Assembly (NCBI GenBank): GCA_043228905.1
Contig: JBHGNT010000005.1
Coordinates: forward strand, 2,790,001 to 2,854,000
Source of the DNA: Azolla caroliniana
Lineage: Eukaryota > Plantae > Polypodiophyta
DNA: 64,000 nucleotides
Reading direction: 5' to 3'
Shown: positions 37,409 to 51,627 of the stretch, in pieces
Position numbering within the stretch: position 1 is the stretch's first letter
How the letters are laid out: each line of letters begins with the position of its first letter
Translations under genes and position numbers: made by a program
The notes under the pieces: generated by a model
Told to the model about the DNA's origin: nothing
The model's database searches: none
Seen by the model: the letters and a program-made list of their open reading frames with translations, nothing else

Positions 37409-40400
37409 TTATCTGCCAATGCTCCATCCATGCTCTGCAATAGCTTGTCGAACTCGGGATGCTGCATCTAAATTGTCGCTGAGAGGTGGATAGCTCCAGC
37501 TATCTCCCATCTGCAAAAAGCAGAAAACAAAATACTGTAACAAATCCTTTTTTTATATACATTATTGCATATTTTAAAAATCATGATATAACTAGAATTT
37601 TGGCAAAAGCATGACATGAATAGAAAAACCCCACATCTTTTGCATCAGTGAGTGCACGTACGACTCCACGATGACGCAGATTTTTGTGGAATGCTGCAAA
37701 CTTCCAGTTGCATCTCTCAGCTCCTATAACATAAACAGGTTTTCTGCATACAAAAGAAGTTCCAGTCAAAACTGGCATTAAAATTAGAACTTTATCTTGA
37801 AGAAAGAAGACAGCATCGTATTTACCCTGTGCTGCATGCTTCACTCAACATACTAATCGAATCAGCAGTAACAATAAATGCATCTGCCCAGGCCAGATGC
37901 CCTAGATGAGGATTCAAACCTGCATTTCCATTTTGACACCATGTGTGATTACAATATACCGATTATTTAATAACCTTCACTAAAAACACTAGATATTTAC
38001 CTTCACCATCCCAAATGTAAACTTTGGCATATGATTTCATCTCATCTTGAATAAAATCCTTCATCTGTTAATATAAGCATTTTACAAAATTGTTATACAG
38101 CATGACAATCAGAAAAAAGAGTTTATTATAAAGTATGCACCTACAATTTATAAGAACAAAATTCCAAATCAATACAGGTCAACTAACTCTCAAGAAGTTC
38201 TTACATGACCTACATCTTCAGGTGTAGTGAGTAATTTTTTGTGCTTTTTTGGAACACTTTCGAAGCACAATGGCAAATGGCATCTACATCCAACCATTGA
38301 CAAATGCAGCGTCTGAGAGTGTTGCACTAAGACCAGAATACTTAAAACTGTCACTTGGTACTACAGCATTTTCACAGTACAGAAGTTGCACTTGGACCAG
38401 AAAACTTATATCTGTCACTTGCTACTACAGCATTTTCACAGTACAGAATACACAGTCCACATCATTGTTGAACTCAAGATACAAGTCATTTAGTTCGTTA
38501 TAGTTCTCCAAATGAAAGTTCAATATGCCTACCTTTATGAAATAGCAAAACAAAAATACGTCATGGAGATAGCATGAGTTAAAACCATGTTTAGATCAAT
38601 GAGTCTAAATCAGAACATACAAACTACCAAGTTGAAAAAAGTTTCATTTGGCTGTAAGAGATCAAAATCATTATTTTTGTACAGCTCATTTGCCTTCAGA
38701 GCGTGTAACCTGTCACAACTACATTGGCATTATGGGAGCCTTTATACTAGATAAATTAGGATAATGGGGATTGTACGTTTTCAGCTAGAAAAAGCTTTGG
38801 TCACCCTGCTTCAAAGATGATTTCTCCGAATTTGGTGTAGCTCCGGTCTAGATTCTAACCAGACAAAGATTGTCAGAATGGCAAACTGAGACTGAAAAAC
38901 ATGTAATGAATGAATGATACCCATAACCTACAGGTAATATTAATCTCGTTTTGATACGAAAATCAAATGAGATATATGCTCAAAGATTCAACACTTATCA
39001 TGAGAAGAGTTAGTGGAGGTTAAGTGGAAAAATGGAGCAAAGCACACCTTCAACAAATATGGAGAAGAAATTTTTTGGGTTCAGTAATGCCATCTGCACA
39101 TGTATCCTGGCCTTATTTATGATGTATAAATTGGATCACTCCGAATTCCTGCAATACATGATGCTCCAAACATGACGATCATCATCTTCTGTCAAAATTG
39201 TAGTGCTGGGTGAAAAAAAGGCAGATTCTATGGTATTTCTTATCAGAGATAAGAATCATGCGCTAGCATTGAAAGTGATTTTAAGATTATGTAGATCCTC
39301 ACTTTGTTTATTTTCCATTTTGTCTTCCTCGAATCTTTTTATATCCTCTATGTTGAAAGTGAAAAGAATTTAAAGTTGTAAAATTAATGGAAGGTGTGCT
39401 TAAGCAATCAATAGGCATATCAGGATTAGTTCACAAGTTGGGATCCTCTATACTTGCAAGTGTCCTCGAATTTGACAAATGTGTTGATCTGCTTGCAAGA
39501 ATTTACAACATAAGAAACTGCAGGTACAACTACAGCCAGAGGAACTTATTACTCCAATCCCAAGAAGAAGTGAAGATCTCAACAGTACCTCATATCTATA
39601 CATTTTTTACCATTTCCTCCATATGTATGCTCAAAAAGACACTCGGTGCTTCATACAATGCCTCATTCCAAAATTGCAAAACAGAAAATAAATATACATT
39701 ACAGACTGTTTTTAACAGTGAAATTCACCTTGACTGGAGTTCTTTGGGAGAAAGAAATGCGTACACTCCCACATGTTGCCAGAACCATCTTCAATGCAGA
39801 TACAAGTTCAATGGCAAGATCATTACCATATTTACAATGTCCTGCTACAACAGTACCTCATATTTCATTTAATGTTGTCATCAATGAAATTAAAGGGAAG
39901 GAACAAAAAGTAACCATACTTGTTGGGCCACCAATATTCACCACAAGCATTGGCTTAGGTAGTGGTGCCAACTCATTATGCCATCGTGCAGCTGCCACCC
40001 GAAGCATTGTAGGATCAGCATGGTGAAGAGCACCAGTTGTAAGAACCTGTTTAGGTAAGAAAATTTTAGCATAGACCCTGGCAAATGCTAAAACAAGATA
40101 AAACATGGAAATTAACTCTCTTATCACAATTCAGATTCGTCCAATTTAAACTCTCAATCTTACCACATGTTTATCAGGTGGATGCCAAGGAGAAATCCAT
40201 CTTAGAAGGAACTGAGGTACTTCCTGCTGGGCTGCTGGTGTTAAAACATGATAATCATGGTGAGGGGTAATAACCATATCATATTGTTGTAGACGTGTCC
40301 TGGGTAACTGTATCTGAAGAAAAAAATTTGAAACACCACTTATAAGAGCCTGTGTGACTGCCTAAAAGGAGATAATTGCTATGCAATCCTTTCAGCATAC

Positions 40401-43305
40401 AAAATGGACTCTTTTCCGATAAATGCATGACAACACGTTTTTATGAGATAAATGATCAGAAGTTCTACGCTCTAGTAATAGAATTCAAAGTTATGAACGA
40501 AATTCATCCACTTGACATTTTATTTTAACTCAATGTGATGCACCACCTCGGTTTCAAGAGCTTCAAATCTGATATTAAAATCCCATTATATCCTTTGTTT
40601 CACTTAATCTTTAAATATTTCATGCAAGTTTCAATGATACTCTTGAAGAAGCACTGAATGCAGAATGCAGACACAAAGAAACTCGTTTTTTGTGAGTTCT
40701 GAAACCCAATACATGTGAAAGCAAAGTAAACCCTAAGAATATGTTGAATAATAGACAATTACAAAAGAAATTTAGGTTTTCTCAACTCGCAGCTTTTTTT
40801 ATTGGCTTCAACTTTGCAAAATAGACAGGACAACAAGCATTGTATTGAAACTTCTCTTTTCTATAACTTGTATAGCACACTTGTATCATTTGAAGTTTCT
40901 CTATCGTTTTTATCTATGCAAGTACTTTTCAAATGGGGTAAAAGCCCATCAATGAATTTGCACCATCATGTAAATATCAGAAACTGGTACCAACGAAGAA
41001 ATTTGCACCCAAATGGATGGAACAGCCGCAATGCTGGGACAGATATTTAACCTGCCAATTGTTAGTCTCAACTTTGACAAAATGTGTTCTTGAAATATTA
41101 ACACATTGGTCGTGAGGCAAAACAGAAAATTACACAATGAACAAAAAGAATATCAAACCCAGACCATGCCAGAATGGCCAGCACACAAATAGATGTATAT
41201 AATCACAATGAGTTGCAAGGAAGTCGACATATAGGATATCTACATTTAGGAAACCCTGCAGATTATATCGTTTCCCTCAAATCTACACATGCTGAATGAC
41301 AATATGAAGACTCATTTGATAATACACAATGATTGGTTTGGTTTCCTTCTTTCAGCAACTGAAGCATGGTGTTGGTATTATTAGTATCTAATCACAATGA
41401 GTTGCAATGATGTCGACATATTGGATATCTACATTTAGGGAACCCTGCAGATTCTATCATTTCCCTCAATTCTAGACATGCTGAATGACAATATGAAGAA
41501 TCATTTGATAATACACAATGATTGTTTTGGTTTCCTTCGTTCAGCAACTGAAGCATGGTTTTGGTCGTATTTTTGTGAAAGAAAAGAATGCACATATTCC
41601 AAAGTTGTAATTAGTGTTCCAACTTTGCTGAGGAAGCAACAAAAAGAGAAAATACCAGCAACAGCAGCTTACACTCACCATTCTTGTGATCAAGTTTAGG
41701 AACGTTATATCTCATTGCCAGCACACCTAGAGCTCGCTAATTTAATTTACTTCTAATTAATAAATCCAGTAGATATAACCTGTTTAAATCAATAAGTAGC
41801 TGATATACCTGAATGACAAAAGTGTCTCGAGAAGCCAATCGTTTCACAGCCGCAGCGATTGATGCTGTGTCTCGACCTGAGGCAACCACCAACAATGGTC
41901 CCTCTCTGAGACAAATCAAAAAAGGCAATAAAGAAAAGTTGGAATCGCATATCAATAGCAATGCACTTTGATTTTCTGAGTTAGAAAATTGCAAGCAAAA
42001 CTTAATAAAACATAAAACCTGTCGACATTTTGTCTTGCATATGCTGCTATATTCCGTGCATCAGCCTCAGGAATTGCAGGATCTGTATCCTTTATCATGT
42101 GTACATTCTTTTGTTGAGATAATAAATAGTATCTCAAGTCTGATTGGATATACTGAATTATGTTCTCAATCTTCTTGTGTACATTGACAGGCAACCACCT
42201 CAGCCATCTGTTATAACTTCCTTTTGGCCGACTCACACGCTGCAGAATGTTAGAACCAAGTAAGAAGATGACGAGAAACAGAAGTCTTTTCTGGAAATGA
42301 AAAGAGAATCAAATTGATTCCAGACCCAGAATAGAGACACATCGCTGGTTCTTTTGTATGAAAAGTTCAAATTTTAGTTGGGTTCACATTTTAAAACCGC
42401 ATAAATATCCGATGATAATATCTAGTTTGAATCACTACAAAGAAAAGAATGGTCCATTCGGAAAACATGGTTCTACATGGTAGATGCCAGCGCCAATGTT
42501 ACAGTCAACATTTTCTTGCATCCATCCAAATGGTTTGCGGTGTCCAGCCATTTGTCACAGACTCCGAAACTAAATATATTTATTGAATGCATCCCAAATA
42601 GAATGTGGCATTCAAATCCTAAATTGAAGACTTCCCAGGATACAGGTAAACAAATCTGTCCAACTGGTTTTGTTCCTTCAACGCTGACTATGTTAAATCC
42701 ATCTAAATTGCTGTATATCTTTCAAACTATGCCAAAATCGGTCTTTCAAAGATAACCATGTCAAAGCCATCAACTTGGATTTTGTCTTTCAAAACCAGTA
42801 AAGTCAAAACTATCCAATTCATTGTAGATACCGAGACTTGAGAAATAGACATGTCATCACAGCCATCCAAAAAAATACTTTGTACCTTACAAAACCGAAA
42901 CGATGAAGCCTTTATTGCAATCCACATGGTTAAATTCTAATACAGCACACCATATATGACAATACAAAAGAAGATAAGATAAAGAAATATTTTCAATTGT
43001 TGTAGCGAAAAAAGCAACATACGAAGAAAGAGGTGTTATCAGCGAGGCCTAAAGAATCGATCGAAACACTGCACTGACTTACTAAGTAGGTGCATCAAAT
43101 CCATCAAAAAACTGCGGGAAATGCTAGATTTTGGGAGGCAAAAAAAAGAAGGACTTACAAAGAAAGAAGTGTTATCAGCAAGACCGAGTGCATTGATGAG
43201 GCCAAAGCACTGATGTTCAGCGCCAGGAGCACCATTTCCGATGATGACAGCACGTCTTACTACACAAGAGAGTCCACGATCGAATATTTCTGGCATTGAT
43301 GCCAT
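37409..43305 (-). CDS. ELM1: Mitochondrial fission protein ELM1, about 407 aa
   Basis: Ten in-frame exons: 43305-43159, 42239-42019, 41905-41809, 40313-40164, 40046-39920, 39841-39729, 38064-38001, 37919-37826, 37743-37635 and 37510-37409. Motifs: RRAVIIGNG, GPLLVVASGRDT, TPHHDY, NPHLGHLAWADAFIVTADSISMLSEACSTGKPVYV and SWSYPPL. Confidence 0.95.
41200..41570. repeat. Tandem duplication of about 190 bp in ELM1 intron 3
   Basis: taatcacaatgagttgcaa...cagcaactgaagcatggt occurs at about 41200 and 41389. Confidence 0.92.
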
Positions 43306-43572
43306 GGCTTCCAGTGCCTGCTTCTCTCTCTATTCTGCTACTGCTTCTGGTCCTTCCGTCTCTGCTTCCGGTGTGCCTGTGTTCGATCCTCTGCTACAAC
43401 CATAAGGAGTAGACAGAAAGATGCCTTCGTTTTAGAAGGACAGCAATATGTGGGGAGATTCGTCGTCGCCTTTTCTTTCTTCTTCGCCGATTGCACGCAC
43501 GCACGCACGCACAGCAGAAACACAAATAAATATGAAATATGTAATGTTTGTATAATGTTTTTTATTATGTAC

Positions 43573-43605
43573 AGAAGAAGAAGAAGAAGAAGAAGAAGAA
43601 GAAGA
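43573..43605. repeat. (AGA)n microsatellite upstream of ELM1
   Basis: Directly visible. Confidence 0.9.
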
Positions 43606-43789
43606 GCAGAAAGCAAATATCTCTTTTTTCTCTCTCATACATAATTCTTCTTTTGTGCTTCTCTTATTTCCATTTATTTATTTATTTAGACGTTTCCTTC
43701 TTTCCTTTTCCTTCTGCTTTCCCGATGGGAATCGCGTGATGCACACGATACGCATATATATATATATATAATAATAATATACTATATAC

Positions 43790-44107
43790 ATATAAACCTT
43801 GTATGCACCATACGTGCATTCGCCTTCGCGAATGATTCAAACGTTCGAGTATGGTAAACACCCTCAAAACGTTTGGTAAATACCATACTTTTGTATTCAT
43901 TATTTATTATAAGGTAAAGTTTTTTTTTAAGGTAAATACCATACTTTTTGTATTTATTATTTATTATAAGGTAAAGTTTATTATTTATTTAAGGTAACAA
44001 GTGTTTAATATTTATTTAAGGTAACAAGTTTTTTTTTTAACATACGAATGTTTTGATAACATACGCATTCGTATGAAAAAAGGAATGTTTGCATATTACG
44101 TACTATG
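43790..44107. mobile_element. hAT-type MITE, family copy 3
   Basis: Shares ttcgagtatggtaaacacc...ggtaaataccatacttt...tatttattataaggta and the TTACGTACTATG end with copies 1 and 2. The left end is eroded and there are internal duplications. Confidence 0.78.
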
Positions 44108-45490
44108 CATATTGATATATATGCACATACATAAGAAGGAGGCCTTCTTCTTCTTGTCTGCCTTTAATCTCCTCTCATTGCCCCCCACATACATATCACC
44201 ATAATGAATTCATGAAACACAGGCACACGTCTCATTCATGGTTCATATACAAAACTTCTTCACTTTTGGCAGCTTGGATATCAACAAGTTTAGTTGAGAA
44301 AGCTACAATTGTTCATGCATCAACATTAATTTGATTCGGATAATGATCGTTTGAAACTTCCTACTTTTACATTATATTGCAAGTGGTCTCCACTTTTTTT
44401 GACTTCTACAATTAGCTACTTACTCGATCAATTTCTGCAATCTTCGTGTTTGTGCCTTTCTAGGCTTTGCACAAGAGTCAACTTGATCTATCTAAATCTC
44501 TAATTCGAGTGGGATTGACATTTGCCAATTGATATAGTTGTGTATCAACATTAAATGTTCCCATTTTTGTCAAGCAATAAGTTAATATTAGACTCTACAT
44601 ATAACTACTCACATAATCAATTGTGTCAACGTAAAATTTTGTTTGTACTATGATTTTTGAGTCCCCACATGTGGCAAACATTATGGCTCAATGTATGTAG
44701 GCTTTGTTTTACCACATATGTTTTGCGAATAATACTCTTCAATGAAATACACCGACAAACTAAAAACACATTTTTTGCAAATAATTTACTTAGTGATTGA
44801 CCAAACCTTGTATTTGAATAGTATTCGAATAGACACTTGGTTTATATCTATATCTACCGAATATTAGTTTCATAGTGAGCATAGCTAGATGACCCATGGT
44901 AATGTGTATAACAAATGCTCTTATTTCTCATCTAGATTTGATAATCCAAACATCATTTATGTTCATCATGTTTGATTTTCTTCTCTCTATTACCTTAACT
45001 CTTTAATTGTTGAGTTTCCAAAGGGTTAACTATTCATCTATACTAATTTGCACATGAACATTAATTTGAGCTAATTAAGAGTTAATGAATCTTACAATGG
45101 TCCATTAGCTTGTTCGTGATCTTTAATAACAATTGTTTAGAAACTCATGCTTTTGACATGACCCTTATGTTTTGTAGGGCCAAGCAAACCTCTTGAGGTG
45201 CCATTCTTCATTCTCCCTAGACAGGTTTATCTTCCATGTTAATGCCATGAATCTCCATAAAGAACATGCATTTCTCTAGGTCATTCATTATCCAAATCTT
45301 TTTGTCACACTTAGGGTCTACAATTTTACAACCTTCTATCATTAGACATAAGTTTTTGGTGTTTTATTTGTTCATTCATGTCATGTCATGACATATGCAT
45401 GGCTGAGTGGGTAATAAGTAATGTCCTCTCTTAGTTGGGTTTGTTATTGGGGGTTTAGAAAAAAATAGGTAGATGGTGTTATTTTGTCAA

Positions 45491-45695
45491 GCAAAAAATA
45501 CCCCGATTTGTTAAGTATTTCACAAGAATGTAGCCAAGTTTACAAATTTCAACCTAATATTACAAGAGGGGTATTTTGGTACACTTGTCCAAACTATGGT
45601 AAAACAATTGTAAAAAAAGACTCATAGAGTTGGGGAAATTTTGGTTCATATATTTGGAGTGTATCCAGAAAACAAACAAATAGGGGTATTTATGC
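45491..45695. mobile_element. Degenerate Mutator-like MITE
   Basis: Imperfect inverted ends gcaaaaaataccccgatttg ... caaataggggtatttatgc. No clear TSD. Confidence 0.4.
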
Positions 45696-46454
45696 AAATA
45701 CCTCGAATAAATAGGGAATCAAGAATTGGATTAAAACTATAATTCCACATAAAAACCTGGTTGTTTATGTCAACTTACAAAACCAAGAACAATGGGTCAA
45801 ACATTATAATAGTCTTAGAACTTTGAAACTTCACTAGTAACTTATTTTCGCAATCTAAGCCATTTGATTGTCTAGGCCTTGTGAAAAGATCCAAAGAAGA
45901 TATTTGGTAGCCATTTAGTTTACGAATTACACATTTTATGTTTTGGGTCAAACTAGGCCTTTAGCGAAGGTTTGTGAAGGACTAATAAGGTATGGGTTCA
46001 ATCAACCATACACGTGCCTGACCCTGACACATTCCATGTAAGACTAGTATCGAATGGAGCGAGTAATGAAATTGATGTAGATTGAGAAACAAGGATACTA
46101 GGTTAAAAAATTTGATATCATTATAAAGGAGGGCTGTTTTTGTAGATTCAACAAACTAAGGATATTTAGGGTTATGCTTCGTAATTTCATAAGAAAGGAG
46201 GGTTATTTATGTCAATTCAAGAAAAACCAAAGAATTAGGTTAAATTTTGTAAATTCAAATAACAAGATTTGGGTTGCGACGATTGATTTGTTTGTATATA
46301 TATACTTTCTCTTTTTTCGCCCAAATTCTTTTCTTTTGTTCTCTCTTGCCTTCTTTTTTTTCTCAGAAGGAAGATAGATGAAAATGAAATCAGATTTCTG
46401 ATCACTTCACCAATATTGTTGTTGATTAGAAACCTAATCATTCGATTATTAATA

Positions 46455-48981
46455 ATGGAAGAGAAGAATCAGAAACCCCTTGGGAGGTTTCAATCAACTT
46501 ATACGAAAGAGGTAATCAAATTAGGTCGGATTTGTTTTTTCTTTATAATCTTAATTGGGTCTTTTGTGTAATCTTAATTGGATTTTCTTTTAACTTACTT
46601 GGGTTTTCGTTAATCTTAATCTAGTTCTTTTATTATATCAATTGGAATTTTTTGAGGATAAATGTCATTGGATTAATGTCTGATTATGGAGTAAATGATG
46701 GTTTTCTTGTGTGTTCTGATTTTATTGGATTACTAGCTGGGTACTGAACCAAATTATGAAGATTATGCCTTTGCTACTAGGCACGGAGGAAGAGATATAC
46801 AAGCAAAGGGGAAATCTAACATTGGGACAAGATTCAAGTTCCCAACACAAGTCTCTTCTTATGGGTAAGTTTTGTTTTTTGAATATTATGTAACAACATT
46901 TTAATTGCACATAAGATAAGAGATGTATGTGTCTGCATGCTACAATTAGCACTAGGTGATCCATCATGCAACATTTTATGATCTATTGGTACTTGTCAAT
47001 GGACATAGTAGACCATATGCTGGAACATGTCAAAATATCGTTGGGCAAAGTGGGGATCTGACCATCGATTGGTGATGGTGGTAGTTCTATTGTTGGGTGT
47101 CAACCCCTAGAGGCTCAACAACAATTTATAAGTACCCCGTAGAACTTTATTAACAACAAAGTGAGCCTTGTGCAAGGTGGCTATGTGTGTTTGGTAAACA
47201 AAGCCATATATATTACATGTACATGTACCTATGCAACACTAAGTTTCTTCAAGCGCGCAATGTGCAAGGTTTCTATATGTGCTTGTTAAACAACGCCATG
47301 CATATATTACATGTACAAGCATATATTCCTCACTATGTAATTTCAAGAGACAATATGGATAGAGAGAAGCACTTTAGTATTCCATACTTAGATCAAGCTT
47401 CAAATTTATGATAACTTAAGTCTGGTTTTAATGAAGGCCACTTTGCATGCCTTCATTGTCAAGGGAGTATCTACATTTTAACCAGATAAATGAAACAAAC
47501 ACCATATTAACACTCTTGAGCTAGATGAGACTGATGGGATCATGTGATGTATAACTACGTGCATACATGTGAGCACATGTTTGAGCTCCAATTTTTTCAT
47601 AGTAATAAATAACCTTGGATATATTATGGCATATTCATTGCACTATTTACTCTGAATGGGTAAAAGAATGATATAAACAATAGCCATCAATAAAACCCTC
47701 CAAACTTCCCCTTGAAAATGATAGATAGGTGTCCACAAGTATTTACTCTTGCTCACTTGACGCTATAATGAATTTTGTACTCATTGATTTTGAAAGGATG
47801 GATTATTGCAATTTAAAAGCTCCTAAATTAGAGGATTATGGGGAGAACAAGCAACCGTGCAATGATCGTAAAGTAGAATGTGCCACTCTTGCAGGCTATA
47901 ATACCACATATAATGATGGAAGTTTTGTCCTTCGACATCAAGTATGTTGCATATTTATTACAAGTTATATTACATTAATTAACATTATTTCCAATATTAC
48001 AAATTACATGCCACTAGTTATTGAACTAGCGTTAGAACCCTTCGCTTAATTTTTGGTCGCAAACGAAAGCATGGAAGAATATTCCACACATGTGTGTGTG
48101 TGTGTGTGTGAAACAATGAAGATTTTGTCGTTCAGTAAATCACAATGGCATTCTTGTTTGCTTTATGTTTATTCAAATCTTAAGCTAATGAATTATCATA
48201 TCCTTTTAAGAGATGAAGGCAAAATATAAAACCTATATAAACATTCTTGAGATTTCATGTGGTGCAAGTGTAGGATCAACTTGAAGGAAAAGATCTAGGG
48301 AAAGGTAACACCATATCTCAAAATAAAGCAACCAGCAAAGAGCATACTAAAGATGAGTCAAGGTAAATATTTATGTTGACGATAAATATTGTACTTCATT
48401 TCGTTATTAAATCAATATTTTATGGTTGTCTTATTAGGCGAATATTTGGGCCATGGAATTACACGGGTCAATTGAAAGAAGACATTCTTATCCAAAGAGA
48501 CAAGGCACTAAGGTTATTTTGATTGAATATTCAATAAAATGATATGTTAAATGTATAAATGAAATATATCATATTTTGTGAAGTTAGGGTTTTCTCATGT
48601 TAGCTTATATCTTTAAAAGCCAGGATAGAAAAAGAACTTTATCACCTTCCCGGATACATGGGCCATCAACCACAACATAATCCACCTTCAACCACAACTT
48701 ATCGACGAAGAAATTCGGAGAAGGAAAAAATGCTTCTTTATGATCTTGATCAATATTCAAGGGAGTTGTGGCCACACTATAAAGGACATAAAGCCCAGGT
48801 TTTCACTTTTGATCCAAATCCATCCCATAAGCATGATTATAAATTTCTCTACAACTTTTCTTGTAGAATTCTTGTCTATAATATAATGGAATCACCATTC
48901 CAAATTAGTTTGAAATGGAAAACCATGTGCAACAAATCATTTATGATTCACAAGTTGCACTTGCCAATGGAAAGTAGATAA
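46455..48981 (+). CDS. Cryptic multi-exon gene, possibly decaying; putative ciliary/flagellar microtubule inner protein with PYG-like repeats
   Basis: Phase-compatible GT-AG exons 46455-46511, 46737-46864, (47012-47071, uncertain), 47797-47941, 48274-48362, 48438-48512 and 48624-48798, plus a last exon from 48867. Motifs: RFQSTYTKE, GYNTTYND, HLPGYMGHQPQ and WPHYKGHKAQ. Exon 3 and the last exon have stops or frame problems. Confidence 0.6.
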
Positions 48982-51627
48982 GTGCATAAGGGATTTATGG
49001 ATAATCATCCACAAAGCAAACATAAATATGTTATTTGTGCTCCTTGTTAGGAATGCTTATTGTATACACATGTCTTGATTTTAAAGTTGGTACAAGCATA
49101 GCATCACTCCCTCTTTCGATACTTCTAGAACACAATGGCATGAGGTATACATGTTTTGAGGACTCTACTAAAAATAAGATAATATAAAATGAGTATAGGC
49201 TTGTTGTATGTTGCATATAATCTTGAGCCATACACAAATCTTTATGATTGCAAAGAAGGCCTTAGAGACTATTTGTAGATCATCACTTCATCAAATTGCG
49301 CATAAAAATGTCTTGACAAAACATGCCACTCACACTTGGGGCTTGAATTACTATACTTAGCATAATTGATGCTTCCAAAGACTAGTACAAAGTGTCAAAA
49401 TAAGAGATGAACCTAGAAGCTCAAAGGTGCATGCATGCATATATATACACATCGATGTAAAATATTATGGAGGTCTTTTCCATTCAAGAGTATTATGTTT
49501 AGATAGGAAACCTCATAGTCATAGTCTAAGAAGATGACTAGAGAAGCTGAAACATATGTGTACACACATTAATATATTATTGTGGATCTTTGTTCCCTTC
49601 AAGGACATCGCATTTTAACATGGATCCTCAAACAGCATTGAGTGTATGATCAAACAATAAATTTGCCCTTTGTTAGCTTGTACATACATTAAATTATATT
49701 TACAATGTAGGCATTAATCAATGTCAAAGAGCCTCCACCTCCCAATACGACGACAACTTATGGGTATACAAACCATATGATGCAAAAACAACAAGCTTGG
49801 TCAAAGACAAACAATCATACACGTATTGTTATCCCTGAAAAGAATGTAAGTGATATTTGGATGTTACAAAAACGTTGATCGGTGTGGTGTATGATTTTAT
49901 AGTTCTAAATTAGATAAAAAAAGTCTACATTCCTACAAAGCTCTTGTTGTGTTAACTATACATTAAAAATGTATATCACTTGCACATGAAGCTCACAATC
50001 TAGACATGGCTACACAAACGGAACACATGGGTGAACTACTAAAAATATTGAATGAGTGGTGTCATACACCTTTTTGGGGAGCTACATGGTCAAGGTAATA
50101 ACTTAAATAAAGAATGCCATGAAGAGTCTTTGGGGTACATAGGAAAAGACTTGGGACATTCAAAATGTAAAAATTAGAAATCTTCAAAATATTAAGAGGA
50201 ATATACATGTTGATTCATACATACAATATAAAGAAACACATATGTTCCATGCCATATGTACATGTTCACATGCACATAAGACATTACCACAAAAGATGAT
50301 AATATAATTGCATTGCTCATGTACATCCATCCTATATTTCGTCTTGTAGAAGAAAGCAACAACCAAAGATTTCTTCACACAAGGAGCTTCTGGAAGCACT
50401 TCAGCAAATGGATTGGTATATTCTCTATTTGATCATATAGTTCCAATTTCATACATATTGCAACATTGCAAGTTGTTTTTGAGGTTTACAATAAATTATC
50501 CATAGATAAACAAGCTTAATATTCAAGATATTATACAGTTAAACAAGAATATAAGAAGCCAATATATGTGCCCATCCATATTTTTATGAATTACTCTAAG
50601 CTAATTAATTCTTGTATTGTGCATTGCAGATGATGGCCGAGAAATTTTATTCTTTCTATCGACCACTAGAAGGAACCTTAATTTCCTTTCAAGCTGATAA
50701 AGCATTAGCATCAAAGTATTTAGACTAGTAAACAATTTAGAAACAAACATTTTGAGTCCCTTTGTCCTTGAGCCAATCCAAGCAAATGTTTCTATCGATC
50801 ATGTTTAATTCATTCACAATTAATGCTTTTGGAAACACACACTGCCCATATAAAAATGAGAGGTATAACATACTTGAGACCATTCTTGCAAAGATCAATC
50901 AATTGGATATGCCTGATAGGGTATGATCATTGCGTAAATCTAACCTTGCTTGTACTTTTAATGCTTGGCATATTTCTTTTCATGGATGCCAATTGCTTGC
51001 AAATAATCATTGACAATGGCAATAATAAAGAGAAGAATCTACACAATGCTAAATAAATCTACGTTTAATCATCCTCTTGTAGAAAATCTACGGCCTTCTC
51101 ATCATTGGAAAATTTGTGTTGTGTTATAGTGATGGATAGTAAGTATTTATAACACAGCATACATTTTCTGATGACAGAAATAAAACAGATGACAGCTAAG
51201 CCAGCAAGAATGACAGCCAATAACGTCGTTGTTTGGCTTGTGCCTGCCCTTTTGGCAGGCTTATTCTAATCAGACCAGTCCTGATTTATTTGATTAATCC
51301 CACTGTTTATGCCAGAATTGAATTTTTTTTCATAAATGATAATAAATGCAAGAGAAACTACAAGATATGGTCCAAAGGCTCAAAAGTTTAGAAAAAGAAA
51401 TTGCTCCTTAAAAAAATAGAGCAAGAAAGGCCAAAAAAGTTTTTATGGAAAGTCCATTCACCGGGCTTTTATATACAGTTAATATTCTTAAGAGAGGAGC
51501 TCCAAAACCTCTAGGATTGGTCAGGGAGTTCTTCCAACTAGTATCTTCACTAAAAATGCATATGCTTCAACAGTTAAGAAAAAAGAGCAATTTGAGAGAT
51601 TTGGTGTGAGCATTTATATTTTTCCAA

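Noticed and set aside
39387-39872. 161-aa plus-strand ORF
   Set aside because: It is antisense to an ELM1 exon and intron and has no recognisable motif.
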